DNA of 47,791 nucleotides from an uncultured Ruminiclostridium sp. (GTDB taxonomy: Bacteria > Bacillota > Clostridia > Oscillospirales > Oscillospiraceae). Every line of letters starts with the position of its first letter. The first letter of the stretch is position 1. Location of the stretch: contig CAZSWQ010000001.1 of assembly GCA_964611025.1 (NCBI GenBank), positions 1 through 47,791 on the forward strand, given 5' to 3'. Position numbers and translations under genes: made by a program. Positions 39,907 through 47,791 of the stretch are shown here, piece by piece. Below the pieces are notes generated by a model. The model ran no database searches and had not been told where the DNA came from. It saw nothing but the letters and a program-made list of their open reading frames with translations.

Positions 39907-40644
39907 TTACATCACAAAACCGCCATTGGGTGAGAGGACTTGTCCTGTGAAGAACTGCGAAGAATCCGAGGCGAGAAAGAGAGCGGTCTGTGCAATGTCC
40001 GCCCCTGTGCCAATGCAAGCGAGGGGTGTTTCTTCCCGCAAAACCGCCCTATCTTCCTCCGTCAAAGCCCCGTTCATTTCCGTATCAATGACCCCTGGGG
40101 CGATGCAGTTCACCCGTATATGCGACAAACCCAGCTCCTTTGCCAGTGCTTTGGTCAATCCTATCAGGGCGGCTTTGGTCGTGGAGTAGGCAACTTCGCA
40201 AGAACCGCCCACCATGCCCCAGACAGAAGACATGGTGATGATATTCCCCGCTTGTTTTTGCAAGAAGTGAGGCAAGACCGCTTGGATGCAATGATATGCC
40301 CCATCGACATTCACGGCGAACAGTGTCCGCCACTCCTCTGGGGTGATATCGCCAAACAAACCCGTGTGTGCAATGCCCGCATTGCACAGCAAAGTGTCAA
40401 GTTGACAAAATTCTTCTAACACACTGTCAACCATGTGGCGCACTTCCTCCCGCTGGGATACATCTGCCTGAATGGGGAAAACACGACAGCCCTCTGCCTC
40501 CAATTCCGCACACAGTGCCAAAGCTTGGGCTTCCGAGCGGTGATAATGCACCGCCACCGCCCAGCCCGCACGGGCAAACACCCGCGCACATGCCGCCCCG
40601 ATGCCACGAGACGCCCCCGTAATCAAAATGCTTTTTGCTTGCAT
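39907..40644 (-). CDS. SDR oxidoreductase, FabG/YmfI-like
   Basis: TGASRGIG, NAG, SSVWG..GGSCEVAYSTTK (YxxxK), APGVIDT; SS.WG and SCE.AYS pattern resembles YmfI. Confidence 0.85.
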   Translation of the reverse strand: MQAKSILITGASRGIGAACARVFARAGWAVAVHYHRSEAQALALCAELEAEGCRVFPIQADVSQREEVRHMVDSVLEEFCQLDTLLCNAGIAHTGLFGDITPEEWRTLFAVNVDGAYHCIQAVLPHFLQKQAGNIITMSSVWGMVGGSCEVAYSTTKAALIGLTKALAKELGLSHIRVNCIAPGVIDTEMNGALTEEDRAVLREETPLACIGTGADIAQTALFLASDSSQFFTGQVLSPNGGFVM

Positions 40645-40687
40645 AACAACCTCCTATAATGGCGAAAAATGAAGAATAAAAAAGGAC

Positions 40688-40733
40688 AATCCCCCTCCGT
40701 CTACGACGGTTTCCCCCTTTGGCAAGGGGGATT
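40688..40733. repeat. Double-hairpin palindromic element of a different type
   Basis: CCGTC-TAC-GACGG then TCCCCCTT-TGGC-AAGGGGGA, with AATCCCCCT/AGGGGGATT ends; single copy in window. Confidence 0.4.
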
Positions 40734-40786
40734 GAGACCATGTGCGGGAAATGCACAGTGAAAAGTAAAGCATGAAAAACCATGCC

Positions 40787-40825
40787 AAAAAAAGAAAGGG
40801 GGACGATGCCCACATCGTCCCCTAC
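40787..40825 (-). terminator. REP type C palindrome acting as ychF terminator
   Basis: GTAGGGGACGATG-TGGG-CATCGTCCCC-CTTTCTTTTTTT, 9 nt after ychF stop. Confidence 0.7.
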
Positions 40826-40834
40826 TACTTTATC

Positions 40835-41926
40835 TTAGACGTTGAAGCGGAACAGGACGACGTCCCCATCGTTCATGACGTACTCCTTGCCTTCGGAACG
40901 CACCAGACCCTTGTCCTTGGCGGCTGCCATTGTGCCACAGGCAAAGAGGTCATCGTAGGCGACAACTTCCGCACGGATGAAGCCCCGCTCGAAGTCGGTA
41001 TGAATTTTGCCCGCTGCCTGAGGTGCTTTTGTGCCACGGGTGATTGTCCAAGCACGAACTTCCTGAGGACCAGCCGTCAAGTAGGAAATCAGACCCAAGA
41101 GTGTATAGGAGCAGGTAATCAATCTATCGAGACCAGATTCTTGCATACCCAGTTCCTCTAAGAACATTTCCTTATCTTCTGCATCGAGCTGGGCAATTTC
41201 CTGCTCAATCTTGGCACAGATGGGCAAAACCAAAGAGCCTTCTGCCTCTGCCATCTTCTGCACCGCCAGAAAATAGGGGTTGCTGGCATAGGTGGGGAAG
41301 TTGGTTTCGTCCAAGTTGGCGGCATAGATGACGGGCTTTGCGGAAATCAATTCAGAGGAAGCAATGATTTCGGCATCTTCCGCATCTGCCTGAAAGCTAC
41401 GGACGCTCTTGCCCTCATTCAAATGGGCGAGCAAGTCCGTAAAGAGGGCGGCTTCGTGGAGAAATTTCTTATCGCCCTTGGCTGCCTTGGTCGCCTTGTC
41501 GATGCGACGCTCAATCATTTCCATATCTGCCATGATGAGCTCCATATTGATGATATCGACGTCACGCAGGGGGTCAGCCCCGCCCTCAACGTGGATGACG
41601 TTTTCGTCGTCAAAGCAACGCACAACATGGACAATGGCGTCCGTCATGCGGATGTTGCTCAAAAACTGATTGCCCAGACCTTCGCCCTTGGACGCCCCAC
41701 GCACCAGACCTGCAATGTCCACAAATTCAATGACTGCGGGCAGGTACTTTTTCGAGCCGTAGAGTTTTGCGAGAAAATCCATACGGGGGTCGGGCACAGT
41801 GACCATGCCCACATTGGGCTCAATGGTACAAAACGGGTAGTTCGCAGACTCTGCCCCTGCGTTTGTAATGGCATTAAATAGGGTGCTCTTGCCAACATTG
41901 GGTAAACCAACAATTCCGAGTTTCAT
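40835..41926 (-). CDS. ychF: Redox-regulated ATPase YchF
   Basis: GLPNVGKST, ANYPFCTIEPN, DIAGLV, GEGLGN, KIHTDFERGFIRAEV, FRFNV. Confidence 0.97.
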   Translation of the reverse strand: MKLGIVGLPNVGKSTLFNAITNAGAESANYPFCTIEPNVGMVTVPDPRMDFLAKLYGSKKYLPAVIEFVDIAGLVRGASKGEGLGNQFLSNIRMTDAIVHVVRCFDDENVIHVEGGADPLRDVDIINMELIMADMEMIERRIDKATKAAKGDKKFLHEAALFTDLLAHLNEGKSVRSFQADAEDAEIIASSELISAKPVIYAANLDETNFPTYASNPYFLAVQKMAEAEGSLVLPICAKIEQEIAQLDAEDKEMFLEELGMQESGLDRLITCSYTLLGLISYLTAGPQEVRAWTITRGTKAPQAAGKIHTDFERGFIRAEVVAYDDLFACGTMAAAKDKGLVRSEGKEYVMNDGDVVLFRFNV

Positions 41927-42024
41927 AAATCGTTCGCCTTTCTGATTGCATCTTCAAATGAAAATAAAATTTTTTGTGATATTGCTCACGCTGGGGCAAA
42001 GACCCCAGTTTCCTATGCCGATAG

Positions 42025-42053
42025 AGTATACTGGATTTTTCTGCAAAAGACAA
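42025..42053 (-). promoter_or_regulatory. Putative SigA promoter of ychF
   Basis: TTGTCT-17 nt-TATACT. Confidence 0.55.
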
Positions 42054-42327
42054 GCCTTTTCCCCATCTTGGGGAATATGTCGGGGCAGGAAGTCAAACAA
42101 GTGCAAAAATCGTGGAAATTTTCCTATCTTTTTGGGGACAAACATGGTATAATACATTGATTTTCATTCCAAGGGACTGGATATGGCATGTTTTTGTCCG
42201 CCTTTTTCCGTTTTGCCTTGGCTTTCCTGCTTCTGCTCAGGAGCAGGAAAAAATTTTGCCCCCGTGCGGGATTTTGTTTTTATTTTCCATCATTTTTTTG
42301 TTTTTGGTGTGTTTTCCCGTTTGGATA

Positions 42328-42356
42328 TTGCAATTTTAGCCATTGTGTTCTACAAT
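42328..42356 (+). promoter_or_regulatory. Putative SigA promoter of trmL-pgk operon
   Basis: TTGCAA-17 nt-TACAAT. Confidence 0.6.
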
Positions 42357-42388
42357 AGCTCATTGCATAGGAAAGGAGTGTGCTTCCC

Positions 42389-42874
42389 ATGGTTCATATT
42401 GTCTTAGTCGAGCCTGAAATCCCCATGAACACAGGCAACATCGCCCGCACCTGTGCCGCCACACGCAGTCGCCTGCATCTCATCAAACCCTTGGGCTTTG
42501 ATATCGACGAAAAAGCGGTCAAGCGGGCGGGGCTGGATTATTGGCATATGGTGGATATTGAGGTACACGAGAGCTTGGCGGATTTTTTCGAGAAATACCC
42601 CGAGCCACCGCTTTGGCTGGCGACCACCAAAGCCCCCAAACATTACGCCGAAGTCTCCTTCGAGAAAGAGTGCTTCTTATTCTTCGGCAAAGAAACCGCT
42701 GGCTTGCCACTGGCATTCCGTGAGGCACATGCCAGCCGTTGCATCCGTATCCCCATGCGGGCGGATGCCCGCAGTTTGAATCTTGCCAATTCTGTGGCAA
42801 TTCTCACCTATGAAGCCCTTCGCCAGTGGGATTTTCCCCAGCTGTCGGGCGAAGGAGAAATGCACGTTCTCTAA
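42389..42874 (+). CDS. trmL: tRNA (cytidine/uridine-34 2'-O)-methyltransferase
   Basis: PEIP.NTGNIARTC, KRAGLDYW, FGKETAGL, RIPM, RSLNL (SPOUT). Confidence 0.93.
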   Translation: MVHIVLVEPEIPMNTGNIARTCAATRSRLHLIKPLGFDIDEKAVKRAGLDYWHMVDIEVHESLADFFEKYPEPPLWLATTKAPKHYAEVSFEKECFLFFGKETAGLPLAFREAHASRCIRIPMRADARSLNLANSVAILTYEALRQWDFPQLSGEGEMHVL

Positions 42875-42907
42875 TTTGAGATACTGTTAGAAAAAGGGGT
42901 CTTTTTT

Positions 42908-44107
42908 GTGAAATACTCGAAGAAAACTGTCCGTGATGTTGCTGTCTCTGGTAAAAAAGTGCTGTTGCGTTGTGACTTTAACGTGCCCCAAGATGAAAAA
43001 ACGGGCGAAATTCTGGACGATACCAGAATTGTCGCCTCCCTGCCCACCATTCGCTATCTGCTCCAAGAGGGCGCAGCTGTCATTCTCTGTTCCCATTTTG
43101 GTCGCCCCAAGGGCAAGTGGAACGAGACCTGTTCCCTGAAGACCGTCTGTGCCCGCCTGTCCGAACTGCTGGCTCAGCCCGTCTATCTGACCACTGACAT
43201 CGCAGGGGAAGATTGTGTTGCCCATGCCGCCACCCTGCAAGCAGGCGAAGTCATGCTCTTGGAAAACCTGCGTTTTCGTCCTGAAGAAGAAAAGAACGAT
43301 GCGGACTTCTCCCGTGATTTGGCATCTTTGGCAGAGCTTTTTGTCTTCGATGCCTTCGGTGCTGCCCATCGTGCCCACGCTTCCACTGCTGGTGTTGCCG
43401 ATTATTTGCCCGCTGTGGCTGGTTTCCTGATTGAAAAAGAATTGGAAATCATTGGGCAGGCACTGTCGGAACCCAAGCGTCCCTTGGTCGCCATTTTGGG
43501 CGGTTCTAAGGTCTCGGACAAAATCGGTGTCATTTCCAACCTGCTGGACAAAGCCGATACCATCATCATCGGGGGCGGTATGGCATACACCTTCGCCGCT
43601 GCTCAAGGTCAGAAAATCGGGTCTTCTCTCCTAGAAGAAAATCGCATGGACTTTGCCCGTGAGATGATTGAAACTGCCAAAGAAAAGGGTGTTTCTTTCC
43701 TCCTGCCCAGCGACACCCTCGCTGCCCGCAGCTTTGCACCCAATGCCGAAACCCTCGCCGTAGCAGGCGACATCCCCGACGGCTACATGGGTCTGGACAT
43801 CGGCAAGGAGAGCATTGCGACTTTCACAACGGCACTGTCTGGTGCAGGGACAGTCATTTGGAATGGTCCTATGGGTGTGTTTGAATTTCCCGCTTTTGCC
43901 AAGGGCACAGAGGCGATTGCCGAAACCATGGCAAACTTGACCGATGCCATCACCATCATCGGCGGAGGCGACAGTGCCGCTGCCGTGGAACAAATGGGCT
44001 ATGCCTCCCGCATGACCCACATCTCCACAGGGGGCGGTGCTTCTCTGGAATTTTTGGAAGGCAAAGTCCTGCCTGGCATTGCCTGCCTGCTCGACAAAGA
44101 CAAGTAA
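42908..44107 (+). CDS. pgk: Phosphoglycerate kinase
   Basis: [40 protein letters not shown] start. Confidence 0.97.
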   Translation: MKYSKKTVRDVAVSGKKVLLRCDFNVPQDEKTGEILDDTRIVASLPTIRYLLQEGAAVILCSHFGRPKGKWNETCSLKTVCARLSELLAQPVYLTTDIAGEDCVAHAATLQAGEVMLLENLRFRPEEEKNDADFSRDLASLAELFVFDAFGAAHRAHASTAGVADYLPAVAGFLIEKELEIIGQALSEPKRPLVAILGGSKVSDKIGVISNLLDKADTIIIGGGMAYTFAAAQGQKIGSSLLEENRMDFAREMIETAKEKGVSFLLPSDTLAARSFAPNAETLAVAGDIPDGYMGLDIGKESIATFTTALSGAGTVIWNGPMGVFEFPAFAKGTEAIAETMANLTDAITIIGGGDSAAAVEQMGYASRMTHISTGGGASLEFLEGKVLPGIACLLDKDK

Positions 44108-44124
44108 GCAAGTAAGCAAGTAAG
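44101..44124 (+). repeat. 8-bp tandem repeat x3
   Basis: (CAAGTAAG)3 spanning the pgk stop codon. Confidence 0.8.
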
Positions 44125-44168
44125 ATTGTATGACCACGCATTGAGAGAAAGGTTGACTTGTATCCATT

Positions 44169-44942
44169 ATGAATCGTAAATATCGTAAAACCATCATTGC
44201 GGGCAACTGGAAGATGTTCAAGACCGCTTCCGAAACCCGTGCCTTTGCCGAAACCATCAAGAACGCCCTGCCCCGCGCCAAGCGTTGCAGTGTCATCCTC
44301 TGCGTTCCCTTTGTGAACATCCCCGCCGCCCTCAAGGTGCTCAAAGACAGCCGTATCGCCATCGCCGCCCAAAACCTCCACTGGGAAGAACAGGGTGCAT
44401 TCACGGGCGAAGTTTCCCCCTCCATGTTGGCAGAGTTGGGTGTCAAGTATGTGCTCATCGGGCACAGCGAACGCCGTCAGTATTTTGGCGAAACCGATTT
44501 CACCGTCAATAAGAAGATGAAAGCCGCCCTGAATGCTGGTCTGCGTCCCATTCTGTGCGTGGGTGAGAGCGAAACCCAGAGAGAGTTGGGTGTCACGGAA
44601 GAACTCATTGCCTATCAGGTCAAAGCCGCCCTGTCTGGTCTGAGCCCTGAAGAAATGCGCCACGTTGTCATCGCCTATGAACCCATTTGGGCAATCGGCA
44701 CGGGCAAAACCGCCACCCCCGAACAGGCAAATGAGGTCTGTATGTTCATCCGCAGTGTCCTGCGTAAGCTCTATGGGGCGAGAATCGCCCGTGCATCGAG
44801 CATCCAATATGGTGGCTCGATGAACACCAAAACCGCCGACAGCCTCTTGGCACAGCCCGACGTGGACGGCGGTCTGATTGGCTCGGCTTCCCTGAAACCC
44901 GACGATTTCTTGCAGATTATTCTGGCAGCCAACCAAGATTGA
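44169..44942 (+). CDS. tpiA: Triosephosphate isomerase
   Basis: AGNWKM, GAFTGE, GHSERR, AYEPIWAIGTG, YGGS. Confidence 0.97.
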   Translation: MNRKYRKTIIAGNWKMFKTASETRAFAETIKNALPRAKRCSVILCVPFVNIPAALKVLKDSRIAIAAQNLHWEEQGAFTGEVSPSMLAELGVKYVLIGHSERRQYFGETDFTVNKKMKAALNAGLRPILCVGESETQRELGVTEELIAYQVKAALSGLSPEEMRHVVIAYEPIWAIGTGKTATPEQANEVCMFIRSVLRKLYGARIARASSIQYGGSMNTKTADSLLAQPDVDGGLIGSASLKPDDFLQIILAANQD

Positions 44943-44985
44943 TTGCCAACGCAAGGACTATTGTTGTTCGACAAGAGAGGTTTTT

Positions 44986-46503
44986 ATGAAAACGCCTACC
45001 ACTTTGCTCATCCTAGACGGTTTCGGTCTGGGACGCAATACCCCCGACAATGCCGTAAAAACGGCGGCTACGCCCAATCTTGATGCCCTCTTTGCACAGA
45101 ACCCCATGTGTCGTCTCTCCGCCTCGGCGGGTGACGTGGGACTGCCTCAGGGTCAGATGGGCAACAGCGAAGTCGGTCATACGAATATTGGGGCGGGGCG
45201 CGTGGTCTTCCAAGACCTCCCCCGCATCTCCAATGCCATCACCGACGGGAGCTTTTTTGAGAATGAAGCCTATCTGTCCGCTGTGGATAATTGCCGTCAG
45301 CGGGGCACAGCCTTGCATCTGATGGGCTTGTTGTCTGATGGCGGGGTTCACAGCCACATCAGCCACCTGTATGGGCTTTTGGAGCTCGCCAAACGCCATG
45401 GGCTGTCCCGTGTCTATATCCATGCTTTTCTGGATGGTCGAGACGTTGCGCCCACTTCGGGTGTGGATTTTGTCGCAGACTGCCAAAAGACCTGTCAGGA
45501 GATGGGCATTGGACAAATCGCTACCGTGATGGGGCGGTATTATGCCATGGACAGAGACCAGCGTTGGGACAGAGTACAAAAAGCCTTTGATGCCATTGCC
45601 TACGGCGATGCCACCCAAGTCAGCGACCCTGTGGCTGCGGTGCGGGCTTCCTATGAGGCTGGCTTGACCGATGAGTTCATGCTCCCCGTGGTCTGCACAT
45701 CTGATGCACAGGTGAAGGACGGAGACAGCATGATTTTCTTCAATTTCCGTCCTGACCGTGCCCGTGAAATCGCCCGTGTGTTCACCGATGCCCGCTTTTC
45801 CAAAATCAATCGTCGTGGCGAATTTGCGCCCTTGACCTTTGTCTGCACGAGTGAATACGATGCCACGCTGCCCAATGTCTTTGTTGCCTTCCCCAAGGAG
45901 GAATTGCATAACACGTTTGGGGAATACATCAGCCATTTGGGTTTGACGCAGCTGCGTATTGCAGAAACGGAAAAGTACGCGCATGTGACCTTCTTCTTCA
46001 ACGGGGGTGTAGAAACACCTTCCAAGGGCGAAGAACGCATTTTGATTCCCTCTCCCTCGGTCGCCACCTATGACTTGCAACCTGAAATGAGTGCCTACTC
46101 GCTCGCAGAAGAAGCCGTGAAGCAGATTGAAAGCGGTCTGTTTGATGTCATCATTTTGAATTTTGCCAACTGCGATATGGTCGGACATACTGGCTCATTT
46201 GAAGCGGCTTGTTGTGCAGTGGAAGCCGTAGATGCCTGCGTGGGCAAAGTGGTTGCCGCCACATCTTCTATGGGTGGCATCAGCCTCATCACTGCCGACC
46301 ACGGCAATGCCGAGCAGATGATTGACGAGGAGACGGGCGGGACGATGACAGCGCATACGCTCAATCCCGTGCCCTTTGCGATTGTCGGGGTGGATGTCTC
46401 GCTGAGAAATGGGCGTTTGTCGGACATTGCCCCCACCATGTTGGATTTGATGGGTCTGGAAAAACCGCCCGAAATGGACGGTGCGACCCTCATCATAAAC
46501 TAA
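44986..46503 (+). CDS. gpmI: 2,3-bisphosphoglycerate-independent phosphoglycerate mutase
   Basis: LDGFG, MGNSEVGH, GRYYAMDRD, AETEKYAHVT, DMVGH, TADHGN. Confidence 0.97.
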   Translation: MKTPTTLLILDGFGLGRNTPDNAVKTAATPNLDALFAQNPMCRLSASAGDVGLPQGQMGNSEVGHTNIGAGRVVFQDLPRISNAITDGSFFENEAYLSAVDNCRQRGTALHLMGLLSDGGVHSHISHLYGLLELAKRHGLSRVYIHAFLDGRDVAPTSGVDFVADCQKTCQEMGIGQIATVMGRYYAMDRDQRWDRVQKAFDAIAYGDATQVSDPVAAVRASYEAGLTDEFMLPVVCTSDAQVKDGDSMIFFNFRPDRAREIARVFTDARFSKINRRGEFAPLTFVCTSEYDATLPNVFVAFPKEELHNTFGEYISHLGLTQLRIAETEKYAHVTFFFNGGVETPSKGEERILIPSPSVATYDLQPEMSAYSLAEEAVKQIESGLFDVIILNFANCDMVGHTGSFEAACCAVEAVDACVGKVVAATSSMGGISLITADHGNAEQMIDEETGGTMTAHTLNPVPFAIVGVDVSLRNGRLSDIAPTMLDLMGLEKPPEMDGATLIIN

Positions 46504-46513
46504 AGAACCATAA

Positions 46514-47791
<1,278 letters not shown>

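Noticed and set aside
42183..42407. 74-aa Cys/Phe-rich ORF as a definite CDS
   Set aside because: Its composition follows from the T-rich DNA and it overlaps the trmL promoter and start; mentioned only as a weak possibility
44101..44124. (CAAGTAAG)3 as a phase-variation tract
   Set aside because: Copy-number change would not alter the pgk reading frame, since the first copy contains the stop; likely a slippage duplication

Overview
A 47.8 kb core-genome window from a Bacillota (Clostridia-type) bacterium; gene content and repeats suggest Oscillospiraceae/Ruminococcaceae, but that is inference. It begins with tyrS under a Tyr (UAC) T-box, then a DUF378 gene, thiN, an unlisted 54-aa membrane ORF, a chemoreceptor and a membrane protein. 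Next is a ~23.5 kb, 19-gene minus-strand nucleotide-biosynthesis block (purE-purC-purF-purM-purN-IMP cyclohydrolase-purH-purD-purL-guaB-fhs, then pyrC-carB-pyrK-pyrD-pyrF-pyrE-pyrB-pyrI) headed by a ZMP/ZTP riboswitch. It is followed by two envelope-protein genes bracketed by GTAG-type palindromic repeats, a class III aminotransferase, a class II aldolase, an XRE regulator, a Zn-dependent PLC-family gene, a liv ABC transporter, a YmfI/FabG-like SDR, ychF and trmL-pgk-tpiA-gpmI-eno (eno cut by the window edge). I found no rRNA, tRNA, CRISPR array, transposase or integrase. Three observations stand out. (1) PurF has lost its glutaminase site and carB has no adjacent carA, suggesting NH3-fed entry into both pathways. 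(2) The pyr leader is structured but has no PyrR site. (3) Three GTAG-REP subtypes recur in a fixed order around small accessory genes. None is proven novel from sequence alone.
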